Assembly: GCA_964600985.1 (NCBI GenBank) | Contig: CAZRJR010000003.1 | Coordinates: forward strand, 2,583 to 66,582 | Source of the DNA: an uncultured Candidatus Saccharibacteria bacterium | GTDB taxonomy: Bacteria; Patescibacteriota; Saccharimonadia; CAILAD01; JADZBC01 | Length of the DNA stretch: 64,000 bases | Direction of reading: 5' to 3' | Part shown: one piece after another, positions 20,216-29,472 of the stretch | Position numbering within the stretch: the first letter of the stretch is position 1 | Layout of the letters: every line of letters begins with the position of its first letter | Notes under the pieces: generated by a model | The model's input: only the letters and a program-made list of their open reading frames with translations | The model's database searches: none | What the model was told of the DNA's origin: nothing | Program-made: the position numbers and the translations under genes

Positions 20216-22276
20216 ATGACTACCCAATTCTACCAGCGCGTCGCCAAACTCGTACCCTACCCGTCCAAGCACTCTACTGTGCCGGCCCTGGCCTTTGCCT
20301 ATCATTTTGAGCCCCCTATAGAACAAAAAGCTCAAGCCGGCAGTCTATACGTGGTTATTGAGGTGATGGCCAAAGAGTCGCTTGCCAGCCAGGTAGTTGA
20401 CCTTGTCATTAAGACCATGGGGGAGGAATACTACAATAAGAAGTTTCAAGACGAACCCAATATACGCTTCGAAAAGTCGATCGCCGCACTCAATACCCAA
20501 CTAGCTAAGCTTTATAGCTCGCATCACGGCAAGCACATTAACAACCTCAGCGCAGTTATCGCAGTAATTGACCAAGACCAACTCTACCTGTCACAAACCG
20601 GCAAAGCACACGCTCGACTCTACCGCTCTGGCAAAGCAACTGAGTTAAGTGAAGGTCTCAGTACTGTCTCAAACCCCCAGAAGACCTTTCATGGTATCGC
20701 TGAGGGATCACTAAAGCAAAAGGACAAGCTTGTTTTCACTTCGCCGGCCATATTGTTTGAATTCCAAGCCAAGCAGCTTGACCAGATGATTGTGGACAAC
20801 TCACCAGCTTCGGCAGTCCAAAAGATGAGCCACCAACTCGAAGGCCAAGATAGTAGTGCGCGCTGCGCTGCGCTCATTGTCGAACTCACTGACCTTAACC
20901 AGGCCGCCGACGAGCCACTCGATGCACACCCAGACACTGCCATGGTCGGCAAGCCTCAAACAAAACTCGATGAAGTGAAGGCCGCAACCACGCCAATCGC
21001 AGCCAAAGCGTCCCAAAAAGCGCTTACGGCCGTCACAAAGAGCCGTACCTGGTGGCACACCCAAGCATTACCTGTTGCCAAGCACCACACCAAGTCGATT
21101 TGGAACCGTCTATGGGTAAAATATATCAACCCAAACCCACGTAAAGCTCTTGCGCTCGTTGGCGGCATGGTTATCCTCCTCGGAGTAAGTATATATGCGT
21201 TCTCCGTTAACCACGTTAATTACCGCGGCCTTGTCGTGGACTATAAGGAAGTAATTGCCCTCACTGAAACTGCCGAGGCCAAACAAAACCTAGGAGAAGC
21301 ACAGGCCAGCCAACAAACCCTTGCCTCAGCTAAAGCCAAACTCGAGAACATTACCAAGACATATACACCCAAGCAGGTCAGTAAAGCGATCTCGACAGAC
21401 AAAGACCTAGCCACACAACAGAACATCGCTCCAGCCAAGCTCAGAACGCGTCAAATAACCTTGGACGACAAACTAAATAACATCACCAGACTAACATTTA
21501 ATAATGTTGTGGACTTTACATCTAAAAAGAACTTTCAAGCCAGTTTCTTAGTTCGGCTCGACGACAGGCTCTACTGTGTCGACACATCTTCAGGCAGCCT
21601 CTACCAGGTAGATACCAGCAAGAATAGCGCCACTGTGGTGGCGCAAAACTCTGCTCTTAAGTCTGCTGTAGCAGCCACTCCATCATCGCTTGGTGACAGC
21701 ATATACCTACTCACCTCGATTCCAAATGTCTTACAATACAGTCCAGGCAAGACCCTCTTTACGGTAAAACTCAGTGGTGGTGACTGGACCGCTGGAAATG
21801 CTATTGCTAGCTACATTGGCAACCTCTACATTCTCTCGCCACAAAACAGCCAAATTTATCGCCATAGTCGCACCTCAATTGGCTTCAGCGCTAGCTCAAG
21901 CTATATTAAGCGTACCAATACTGTCAGCGTATCAAAAGGTCAAGGCCTAGCTATTAATGGCACTATATTGGTGGCGAATGGCTCTAGCAAAATCACCACC
22001 TTCAGTAATGGTCTTGGCGCCGAAGAAAGTGTAGCCAAGCTCCCCAGTTCTGTTCAAGGGTTTAAACGGATTCAACTCCAAAGTGATCAAGCACTGCTCA
22101 CTCTTGATACCGACGGGCTCCACCTCTATAGCATTACAAGCTCTGCCGACAGCTATGCATTTAGACAGCAATACGTTAGCCCAAGTAATACACGCGTAGA
22201 AGACTTCGTGGTCACGAGCGACGGGACCCTCTATGTGCTCTCTGGCAAAAAGATTCTCGTCTCCAAGCTGCCTTAA
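20216..22276 (+). CDS. hypothetical signalling-type membrane protein: N-terminal PP2C/SpoIIE-like domain, TM helix, C-terminal beta-propeller-like repeats
   Basis: 686 aa. LSAVIAVIDQDQLYLSQTGKAHARLYRSGK resembles a PP2C core. TM at ~aa 305-330. C-terminal repeated YxVDTSSG / IYLLTS / LYILSP / LYVLSG blades. Confidence 0.4.
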   Translation: MTTQFYQRVAKLVPYPSKHSTVPALAFAYHFEPPIEQKAQAGSLYVVIEVMAKESLASQVVDLVIKTMGEEYYNKKFQDEPNIRFEKSIAALNTQLAKLYSSHHGKHINNLSAVIAVIDQDQLYLSQTGKAHARLYRSGKATELSEGLSTVSNPQKTFHGIAEGSLKQKDKLVFTSPAILFEFQAKQLDQMIVDNSPASAVQKMSHQLEGQDSSARCAALIVELTDLNQAADEPLDAHPDTAMVGKPQTKLDEVKAATTPIAAKASQKALTAVTKSRTWWHTQALPVAKHHTKSIWNRLWVKYINPNPRKALALVGGMVILLGVSIYAFSVNHVNYRGLVVDYKEVIALTETAEAKQNLGEAQASQQTLASAKAKLENITKTYTPKQVSKAISTDKDLATQQNIAPAKLRTRQITLDDKLNNITRLTFNNVVDFTSKKNFQASFLVRLDDRLYCVDTSSGSLYQVDTSKNSATVVAQNSALKSAVAATPSSLGDSIYLLTSIPNVLQYSPGKTLFTVKLSGGDWTAGNAIASYIGNLYILSPQNSQIYRHSRTSIGFSASSSYIKRTNTVSVSKGQGLAINGTILVANGSSKITTFSNGLGAEESVAKLPSSVQGFKRIQLQSDQALLTLDTDGLHLYSITSSADSYAFRQQYVSPSNTRVEDFVVTSDGTLYVLSGKKILVSKLP

Positions 22277-22299
22277 CGGCTCTCAAGCAGAGGCCACTC

Positions 22300-24033
22300 C
22301 TACATCTTAGCCGGGACTTCTAGCCCCAAGCACTCAAGCGCATGAGCCATGGTGGCTTCAACTGCCCGACTAAGTTGCAAGCGAGCCAGTTTATCGCCGT
22401 CAGTCGCCGACAGAATTGGTAGGTTATTATATATATTGTTGTAATGTTGAGCGAGCGTATAGGTAAAGTTTGCAATTTGATTAGGCTTATTCTCGGCTAC
22501 AGCTCGCTCGCAGATCTCCTGGTAGCGCGATAGCAAAAGTAAGGTCTCACGCTCAACAGGGTTTGACCAATCATAGCCTAATTTAGCACTCGCCGTTTTA
22601 CTCACCTGTTCTGCTTTGGCAAGCAAGGAGCGTAATCGTACCGCACTATAAAGCAAGTATGGAGCACTATTACCCTCAAAATTCAGCATAGTCGACCAAT
22701 CAAACACGATGTCGGTCAGCCTGTTCTGTGACAATACGTTGTATTTTATACAGCTAATTGCTAATACATCAGCGGCAACTTGCTGCTCGGTTACATTGAG
22801 GCCATGTGACTTTTCTTGCATCAGAGCCAAAGCTCTACTCTTAGCCTCGGCTATAAGGTCTTTTAGGAGCAAAATATTACCTTTTCGCGTACTCATACTG
22901 CCATCTGCAAAGCGCATACGACCAAAGTTAACTTGCGTAAGCTGGGCGTCGGTCAATTTCAGCTTCCGTGCTACAGAGTAGAGCTGTTTTTGAGCAAAGC
23001 TTTGCGCTTCATCAACCACTACCATCATGATATCTGGGTGCCAAGCCTGCTCCCAGTAGGCAATGCGCGCCAGATCTCGGGTTAAATACAGCGTAGCGCC
23101 GTCACTCTTGCGTAATATTGCCGGGGGTGCCTCCGCATCCTCGGCCGGACACACCAAGGCCCCATGACTTTCTACAAAAATGCCCTGTTCTACCCCCTGG
23201 TCCAGTAACGGCTGCATTTTATCTTCATAAAAGCTCTCGCCATGCATGTAATCAAATTCCACACCAAGTGCATCATAAATAGGCTGAATCTCGGCTTTAC
23301 TCCATGCTACAATCTTGTGCCATAAGGCACGGTTCTCTTCGTCACCCTGCTCGAGCTTCAGGTATTCTTCGCGCGCTGCCTCATCGAGCTCCACATCGCC
23401 ATCGGCTGCAATATGAAACTGCACGTAGAGCTTTTGAAGCTCCGTGATAGGGTTGGCCTCGATTGCCGCTGTGTCCCCCCACTGCTTGACCGCCCAAATA
23501 AGCTTACCAAACTGAGTTCCCAGATCACCTATAAAGTTATCGGCAGTCACTTTATAGCCAGCCTTACGCATAGTGCGCTTAATTGAATCACCAATTATCG
23601 TTGAGAGCAGGTGGTGTACCCCCATCGGTTTACCGATGTTAGGGTGTGAGTAATCCATAGCGACCGTTTTACCACTACCGAATTGCCTAATGGGCCCTTC
23701 GGCAGATGTAGCACGCTCAGCCAAACGGCCCACCAAGTTGCTTAAGGCATTCGAACTAAGTCGGAAATTTATAAACCCAGCCCCCGCCACACTCGCCCAA
23801 TCAATCAGTGTGTTACTCGGCAAATGCGCCACAATCGCTTCTGCTACCGTGCGCGGATTAAGCTTGTTAGCGGCAGCGACCTTCATAGCCACGCTCGAAG
23901 CTATGTCGCCAAACGCTTGGTCTGGGTAGCTTATACTCTCGCTAAGCGTCCCTGGCGGTAGTTCTTGGCCCGGATAAGCCGATTGGTACGCTTGATCCAG
24001 TAGGCCTATTAGATCTGTAGCTACGTCGTTCAT
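22300..24033 (-). CDS. argS: arginine--tRNA ligase
   Basis: 577 aa. HIGH-like (SHPNIGKPMGVHHL), DALR anticodon-binding C-terminus ending ...LGLEVPAKM. Confidence 0.95.
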   Translation of the reverse strand: MNDVATDLIGLLDQAYQSAYPGQELPPGTLSESISYPDQAFGDIASSVAMKVAAANKLNPRTVAEAIVAHLPSNTLIDWASVAGAGFINFRLSSNALSNLVGRLAERATSAEGPIRQFGSGKTVAMDYSHPNIGKPMGVHHLLSTIIGDSIKRTMRKAGYKVTADNFIGDLGTQFGKLIWAVKQWGDTAAIEANPITELQKLYVQFHIAADGDVELDEAAREEYLKLEQGDEENRALWHKIVAWSKAEIQPIYDALGVEFDYMHGESFYEDKMQPLLDQGVEQGIFVESHGALVCPAEDAEAPPAILRKSDGATLYLTRDLARIAYWEQAWHPDIMMVVVDEAQSFAQKQLYSVARKLKLTDAQLTQVNFGRMRFADGSMSTRKGNILLLKDLIAEAKSRALALMQEKSHGLNVTEQQVAADVLAISCIKYNVLSQNRLTDIVFDWSTMLNFEGNSAPYLLYSAVRLRSLLAKAEQVSKTASAKLGYDWSNPVERETLLLLSRYQEICERAVAENKPNQIANFTYTLAQHYNNIYNNLPILSATDGDKLARLQLSRAVEATMAHALECLGLEVPAKM

Positions 24034-24136
24034 ACCCGCTATTATAACCTAAAAACCAAGGCCACCAAACCACTCCTGTGCTTGCTCCGATAAGCACTGG
24101 GGCGTTAGTGATATAATAGCGGCATAAGGAAAGCCC

Positions 24137-24589
24137 ATGAAGATAGTTGCCAAGAACAAGCGCGCGCGTTTTGACTATGAGATCAAAGATACCCTCGTAG
24201 CCGGCATTGTATTGGCAGGCCATGAGGTTAAGAGTGTTAAATCTGGCCACATTAGCCTAAAAGGCAGTTTTGTGAGTATGAAGGCTGGCGAAGCCTACCT
24301 TACGAATGCCCACATCACACTATACAAGAGTGCGGCCAATATATCGTCGTACGACCCTGTGCGTTCACGCAAGCTTCTCTTGCACCGCAGGCAAATCAAC
24401 GAGATCCTAGGCGCTGTCAAAGCCCAAGGCCTAAGCGTAGTTCCCCTGGCTATAGGTATGGAACGCGGACTTATTAAAGTCGAGCTGGGTATTGGGCGCG
24501 GCAAGAAGAAGTTTGATAAACGCGAAGCCACGAAGCGGCGAGACATATTACGCGATGTAAGCCGCGAGATTAAACCTGTAAAAGCCTAG
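24137..24589 (+). CDS. smpB: SsrA-binding protein
   Basis: 150 aa: MKIVAKNKRARFDYEI...GHEVKSVKSG...RSRKLLLH. RBS AAGGAAAG upstream. Confidence 0.95.
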   Translation: MKIVAKNKRARFDYEIKDTLVAGIVLAGHEVKSVKSGHISLKGSFVSMKAGEAYLTNAHITLYKSAANISSYDPVRSRKLLLHRRQINEILGAVKAQGLSVVPLAIGMERGLIKVELGIGRGKKKFDKREATKRRDILRDVSREIKPVKA

Positions 24590-24701
24590 GATAGGGACTT
24601 ATATTCCATGCTTTAGCATGATTTATGAGTTATACTCTAGTCCTAAAAGTGCTTATATGCTATGCTTAAAGCATAAGAATTTATAGGACTACGCCTCCGT
24701 C

Positions 24702-25742
24702 ATGTCACAAAACAATTACGACAGCTTACAAAAAACGATCAAGCAGCTTATGGCACCGGGAAAAGGTCTTTTAGCCGCAGATGAGAGCACCAAGAGTGCC
24801 AATGCTCGCTTGGCAGCACTAGGCCTAGACCAAACCGAAGACATGCGCCGTGCCTGGCGCGAACTGCTTTTTACTACCCCAGACTTAAACGACTTTATCA
24901 GTGGTGTTATCCTCTACGACGAGACCATTCGGCAACAGACTAGCGACAATCAAGGAACCTTTGCCCAGTATCTAGTAAGCAAAGATATAATACCTGGCAT
25001 TAAGGTAGACTTAGGGCTCGTAGAGCTCACGAACTTCCCTGGCGAGAAGATTACTGAAGGGCTAGATGGTCTCGACGCGCGCTTAAGCGAATATAAAGCC
25101 ATGGGCGCACGTTTTGCGAAGTGGCGTGCTGCTTTTAGTATTGGACGCACGATCCCTTCCGAGGCCGCCGTACACGCAAATGGCAACGTATTTGGACGTT
25201 ACGCTAGTTTATGCCAAAAACACGGCATAGTACCTATAATTGAACCTGAGGTGCTCTACGAGGGCGCTCATAGCCTCGAACAGGCCGAAGTGGCCACTAC
25301 GCGCATCCTGAAGACCACGATAGACATCGTACGTGCCTATCGCGTCGATCTACAGGGTGTCATTGTTAAAACCAGCTTTGTCTTAGCGGGTGCCGACGAA
25401 GTACAGCAGTCAACGGCTGCTGAAGTAGGCAGCGCTACCTTACGTACACTTAAGGCCGCTATACCCCCAGAAACTGGAGCAATTGTATTCCTGTCTGGTG
25501 GGCAAAGCCCAGCCCAAGCCAGCGCCAACTTTAACGCCGTCGGGCAAGCTGGCGCGCAGCCTTGGCCGATTACGTTCTCGTTCTCGCGCGCCGTACAAGA
25601 CCCAGCTATGAAAGCCTGGCTTGGTAAGAACGAAAATGTAACCAAAGCCCAAAGAATCTTCTACCACCGCCTGGCATGTAATAGTGCCGCGCGGACTGGC
25701 CACTACTCGGCCAAAATGGAGATTTTTGACAAGCAAAAATAA
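24702..25742 (+). CDS. fba: fructose-bisphosphate aldolase, class I
   Basis: 346 aa. GKGLLAADESTKS and the Schiff-base lysine region typical of class I (muscle-type) aldolases. Confidence 0.9.
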   Translation: MSQNNYDSLQKTIKQLMAPGKGLLAADESTKSANARLAALGLDQTEDMRRAWRELLFTTPDLNDFISGVILYDETIRQQTSDNQGTFAQYLVSKDIIPGIKVDLGLVELTNFPGEKITEGLDGLDARLSEYKAMGARFAKWRAAFSIGRTIPSEAAVHANGNVFGRYASLCQKHGIVPIIEPEVLYEGAHSLEQAEVATTRILKTTIDIVRAYRVDLQGVIVKTSFVLAGADEVQQSTAAEVGSATLRTLKAAIPPETGAIVFLSGGQSPAQASANFNAVGQAGAQPWPITFSFSRAVQDPAMKAWLGKNENVTKAQRIFYHRLACNSAARTGHYSAKMEIFDKQK

Positions 25743-25756
25743 ACTTTGATTTATCC

Positions 25757-25781
25757 ACAACTTTTTTCCAAAAAAGTTGTT
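25757..25781. terminator. bidirectional hairpin between convergent fba and the NUDIX gene
   Basis: ACAACTTTTTTCC/AAAAAAGTTGT near-perfect inverted repeat immediately after the fba stop. Confidence 0.4.
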
Positions 25782-25955
25782 GACAGCGACTATGCATAAG
25801 TTTTATCATAGATTCAGTGCTGCACACATAAATTACTCAAAAACAAAAACAAACCAATAAAAGAGCTCCGCAACAGGTTAAACCTCGAGCGGAGTTCTTC
25901 TTTTTGGGTAGTCATAACACCGCAGGCTACAACTTCTTGTGTAATTCCAACCCCG

Positions 25956-26669
25956 CTAAAACAAGTCTGCGCTATAACTCGTTTTGCGTTCTATGAGCCA
26001 CTCTTTGGCATTTAGGATGTCGATTTCCATTTTGAAACTATCAAACTTTTTGGGCTTGGCGTAGGCCGATTCAAAGCTTAACCATTCATTGTGGCCGCCT
26101 TCGAAGTCGGCTTGTAACGTGCCATGGGGGTTCACGCCATGCGCTACAAAGAATATTTTATCTTCTAGCATATCGCCACTTTCTTCAGACAGCACTTGCT
26201 CGTGGTACACGCCGGCAATCCGAAACTCAGCTCGCAAACCCGTCTCTTCGAGCAGTTCTCGCTCGGCACACTGCAGAATGGTCTCTCCCCACCGTATCTT
26301 ACCTGTTGGTAGGCCCCAAAAACCAAAGTAGGGGTTCTTGAGCCTTTCCTGAAACACATATTCGCGCGTGCCTTTAGGCCCCTTGCGCTCCACGGCAAGT
26401 ATGACTGCAATCTTAGGCTGGCGCTCCACGGTATTATTGTCGGTATCAAGCCGATTGGCATACTCTTTGCCTGACTGCGTAAGGCTGTATTTGCCAGCCT
26501 GCAGCTTAGCTACGAGCCCCAGCTCGACTAAGCGCCCAATATGGAAATTAAAATGATCGCTGCTTAGCCCAGTCGGCTTTTGAAGTTCACCAAACCCTGC
26601 GTGCGGCCGAAACAGCAGCTCCCGCAATATGCTAGTTTGTGCATCATGAATTTTTACCTCTAAACTCAT
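25956..26669 (-). CDS. NUDIX hydrolase with N-terminal winged-helix domain
   Basis: 237 aa. N-terminal wHTH (ILRELLFRPHAGFGELQK...). Nudix box GLPTGKIRWGETILQCAERELLEETGL. Confidence 0.7.
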   Translation of the reverse strand: MSLEVKIHDAQTSILRELLFRPHAGFGELQKPTGLSSDHFNFHIGRLVELGLVAKLQAGKYSLTQSGKEYANRLDTDNNTVERQPKIAVILAVERKGPKGTREYVFQERLKNPYFGFWGLPTGKIRWGETILQCAERELLEETGLRAEFRIAGVYHEQVLSEESGDMLEDKIFFVAHGVNPHGTLQADFEGGHNEWLSFESAYAKPKKFDSFKMEIDILNAKEWLIERKTSYSADLF

Positions 26670-26768
26670 AGTCCTCTCCTTATCTTAGTTACCTCACGAG
26701 GACGCGTCCAGAGTAAGTATAGGCCAAGGAGCCTAACTGGTTCTAGTAAACTAGACTTCGGTAGTTAA

Positions 26769-28013
26769 CTAAGGGGTCGAGACTTCGAGTTTGCTAGGCT
26801 TTGGAGCCGGCCCAGCCTTTGGCGATTCAGTTTCGGTTGTAGGAATAAGAGACTGGAACTTCCATATAAATTCGGTGCCCGTCTTAGGGTGCCCGATCTC
26901 TACCGTAGCGCCCAATAAACCAGTCGCCAAGCTGGTAAGGTACAAGCCAAGGCCGGCACCCTCGTAGTTAAAGCGCAAGGCATCTTCACCACGCGAGAAC
27001 GGCTTAAATAGCTGACTGCGACGCTCAAGGCTTATGCCTGGCCCATTATCCTGCACACGAAGCTCAAAGCCCCTATGCAGCGCACGCAGCGTCACGAGGA
27101 CTCGCCCACCGCTCTTGGTGGCAGCCGAGAATTTAATAGCATTATCAAGCACCGGGGTAATGGCCTGCTTAAGCAGGAGTGGGTCGAGCTCGTATACCAG
27201 TTGCTCAGGGGAAAGCAATCGCACGTCCACATGCGCTTCGCTAGCCTGCTTTTTGTAGCTCGCAATCACTTCTTTGAGAAGCTTTGGCACATCTACCGAT
27301 TCGGTATTGAGCACATAGTCTGCCCCCCGATTCGTAAGTGTCGAGATCAAGCTCATACGATCGAGCAAACTCAGGAGTTTTTGGGCCGCCTCGTCGACCG
27401 CAGCATCGCTCCCCTGAGGAATCACCGAGGTAATGGCGAACAAATGCCCTTGCAGCTCGTCGGTGGCGGCGCGAAAGAACTCAGCCCTAGCATGCTCGAG
27501 CTGCATTTCCTCGCGGATAGCAAAGCTCGATTGCTTAGCAATGCGCCTACGCAGCTGGAAGTTGCGCAGATTACTCACCAACACCTGCAGTACAAGCAGC
27601 AACGCCACCACGATAGTTAGTATGTATAATGCGTCGGCGTTCAGGAGCCCAGCTAAGCTAAACAGCCAGATCGCCAGAATAATCACGGCAGTAAGCAAAA
27701 ACGCCGGAATCAAAAAAGCTGCGCTAAATAATGGATTCTTAGCCTCGGGAATGTAGTAGTTCTTTTTATTGCCCCTATCTACCGCATTGATCTTAGCTGA
27801 TAATCCGCCAATTATCTTAGCCATAGCCTCTATGTGGCCTTTGAGTTCCTGCGTTTGCTTGGGCGTAGCCGCGCTATAGCCGCTCACAGCATCCGAAGTG
27901 GTAGCGAGCGACTTTTCGAGCTGGCTCACGGCTTGATCGCCGTGCGTACCTATCAGGGGTCTAGGCCTGCTAGCCTGCGAGCTTGGTGGTGTGTTGGTAG
28001 GAGGTGGCTTCAT
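26769..28013 (-). CDS. sensor histidine kinase (orphan; no response regulator adjacent)
   Basis: 414 aa. Two TM helices, H-box region TDELQGHLFAITSV, HATPase_c (NAIKFS..., GAGLGLYLTSLATGLLGATV). Confidence 0.8.
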   Translation of the reverse strand: MKPPPTNTPPSSQASRPRPLIGTHGDQAVSQLEKSLATTSDAVSGYSAATPKQTQELKGHIEAMAKIIGGLSAKINAVDRGNKKNYYIPEAKNPLFSAAFLIPAFLLTAVIILAIWLFSLAGLLNADALYILTIVVALLLVLQVLVSNLRNFQLRRRIAKQSSFAIREEMQLEHARAEFFRAATDELQGHLFAITSVIPQGSDAAVDEAAQKLLSLLDRMSLISTLTNRGADYVLNTESVDVPKLLKEVIASYKKQASEAHVDVRLLSPEQLVYELDPLLLKQAITPVLDNAIKFSAATKSGGRVLVTLRALHRGFELRVQDNGPGISLERRSQLFKPFSRGEDALRFNYEGAGLGLYLTSLATGLLGATVEIGHPKTGTEFIWKFQSLIPTTETESPKAGPAPKPSKLEVSTP

Positions 28014-28218
28014 CTCATTACTCTTATGCCCTAGTATACGCTAGGTAGGTTACGTCGGCAATTTTACAAGGTCGTTAATATTTGATATTAGTTACTCACT
28101 ATTAGAGACACTTAGCTGAGATTGGTAACTTCAGGATTAGCACATTACCACCTAAACTCATAATCTACGGATTATGAACTTGGGTAGGGCCAGTTTTAAG
28201 GATCTGGCAACCTCGAAC

Positions 28219-28530
28219 TCAGTCGGATGAGCGCCTGGTGGGCTGGACCTCCTCGGCGACCCCGTCGGGTCCAGTGAAGACCATGTCACGAAGGCGGGGG
28301 TGGAATGTGAAGTCCTCGGCCTCCAGGAACTCTTCGAGGAGCTCACGGGACATGCCGCGAACGACCATCTTTTCCGTTCCACCGTACATCATGACGAAGG
28401 TCACTTGCATGAACTCAGGTGGGCGGAAGTTGATCTCCAGCTTCCATGGGTAGTTCTCGTCATCAGGCCCGTCGAACTGCCCCGTAAGGCTGATGAGCTT
28501 GATACCTTCGATTGACGGGTATTCGGGCAT
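28219..28530 (-). CDS. hypothetical 104-aa protein (MPEYPSIEG...), GC-rich foreign-looking module A
   Basis: In-frame ATG at 28530 preceded by GAAAGGGG RBS. The ORF track starts 21 codons earlier at 28593, which lacks an RBS. Composition is markedly GC-richer than the genome background. Confidence 0.4.
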   Translation of the reverse strand: MPEYPSIEGIKLISLTGQFDGPDDENYPWKLEINFRPPEFMQVTFVMMYGGTEKMVVRGMSRELLEEFLEAEDFTFHPRLRDMVFTGPDGVAEEVQPTRRSSD

Positions 28531-28541
28531 GAGAACCCCTT

Positions 28542-28673
28542 TCAGTCTTGAGGCGTAGTGGACTGGCTCTGCTGCTCCACGGAGGGCTTCCACGCTTCGT
28601 GGATCTCGCTGACGAGCATGATGATGGTACTAAGTGCACCGAGGGTACGCCCCACCTTCTTGAGGGTGTTCAT
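28542..28673 (-). CDS. 43-aa hydrophobic small ORF translationally coupled to the downstream 104-aa ORF
   Basis: MNTLKKVGRTLGALSTIIMLVSEIHEAWKPSVEQQSQSTTPQD. GGAGAG RBS 6 nt upstream. Its TGA stop overlaps the RBS of the next gene. Below the ORF-track length cut-off. Confidence 0.25.
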   Translation of the reverse strand: MNTLKKVGRTLGALSTIIMLVSEIHEAWKPSVEQQSQSTTPQD

Positions 28674-28737
28674 GGTGACTCTCCAATTCAGAATTTCAAG
28701 ACGGGTTATCCGTCATTCCCGCTCTGAGAACTATAAG

Positions 28738-28766
28738 ATACTAACATAAATATCATAATAAGTCAA
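28738..28766 (-). promoter_or_regulatory. sigma70-like promoter of module A (inside the ssrA-tail repeat copy)
   Basis: Minus strand: TTGACT (28766..28761), 17-nt spacer, TAGTAT (28743..28738). Confidence 0.35.
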
Positions 28767-28775
28767 TGGTGGAGC
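28758..28775. repeat. direct repeat copy A of the ssrA 3' tail + flank (ATAAGTCAATGGTGGAGC)
   Basis: 18/18 identical to 29464..29481. Similarity (~75%) continues ~25 nt further on the promoter side. Confidence 0.8.
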
Positions 28776-28907
28776 GGGTACGAAAAAAGTGGCATGAACT
28801 GGTGGTTGAATCAGGTCGATGGAGGGAAATATTAGCTGTTCCCTATTCCAGGCACTTATCTGGAATGAGTAACGGCAGGGATTAAGACTAATGAAAGAGG
28901 CCCCAGA

Positions 28908-28940
28908 GGGGTCCCCCTGTTTCGATGTACAGGGGGACCC
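28908..28940 (-). terminator. GC-rich hairpin right after the stop of the tautomerase-like gene
   Basis: GGGTCCCCCTG / CAGGGGGACCC 11-bp perfect stem, 10-nt loop, followed on the minus strand by a CU-rich tract. Confidence 0.35.
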
Positions 28941-28958
28941 ATGGGAGCCGTGAGGAGA

Positions 28959-29375
28959 TCACCAGTCGAGCTTCTCGCCACCGATGCTGAGGAACCCGTG
29001 AGACGGGCTCCAGCGAACATCGCAGGCGTAGTCCAGGTCGTGCGGGTAGCCGAACTCGGCAAACTGCTGGATGAGCAGCCCCTTCACAACGCCAGTCGCC
29101 TCGAGCTGCATCTCGTCGGTGAGGTCACCCTCGCTGAACTCGATGAGGATCCAGATGGCGGGGGTGTTGACGTCTGCTTCGCCGAACTTCTCGATGGTCA
29201 CCTGCACACCCTTCTCAGGTGTGCCGTGGTCCATGTACAGCTTCGCCTCGTTCTTGACGAAGATGGCGGGGAGGCTCGCGGCGAACTTCGCTGTCTTCTT
29301 CTGGTGAGGGGTGTAGATGCTCGAGCCTCCCTCAGGGAAGTAGGCGGAGCTGGTAGTGATCTTGATGAGGGGCAT
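28959..29375 (-). CDS. tautomerase-superfamily-like protein (tandem 4-oxalocrotonate-tautomerase-like halves), GC-rich module B
   Basis: 138 aa starting MPLIKIT (Pro right after Met). Second half PAIWILIEFSEGDLTDEMQ...HGFLSIGGEKL resembles 4-OT (PIAQIHILEGRSDEQK...HFGIGGEL). AAGGAG RBS 6 nt upstream. Confidence 0.4.
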   Translation of the reverse strand: MPLIKITTSSAYFPEGGSSIYTPHQKKTAKFAASLPAIFVKNEAKLYMDHGTPEKGVQVTIEKFGEADVNTPAIWILIEFSEGDLTDEMQLEATGVVKGLLIQQFAEFGYPHDLDYACDVRWSPSHGFLSIGGEKLDW

Positions 29376-29443
29376 ATGCCGCTCCTTGTGAGGAACATAG
29401 GGGGACTGCCCTATCAGATCGCTCAGATCGAGTGATGAAAAGC

Positions 29444-29472
29444 ATTATAGCATAATATTCATTATAAGTCAA
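29444..29472 (-). promoter_or_regulatory. sigma70-like promoter of module B, abutting the ssrA 3' end
   Basis: Minus strand: TTGACT (29472..29467, directly after the tmRNA CCA), 17-nt spacer, TATAAT (29449..29444). Confidence 0.4.

Noticed and set aside
24590-24701. smpB-fba intergenic near-palindromes ATGCTTTAGCAT / ATGCTTAAAGCAT as a terminator or ncRNA
   Set aside because: Stems are only 4-5 bp with AT-rich context and no clear U-tract. Too weak to call.
28941-29435. 164-aa plus-strand ORF opposite the tautomerase-like gene (and similar 28238..28515 ORFs)
   Set aside because: Arg/Leu/Val/Asp-rich translation typical of spurious antisense frames in GC-rich DNA. The minus-strand genes have RBS, promoter, terminator and family-like motifs.
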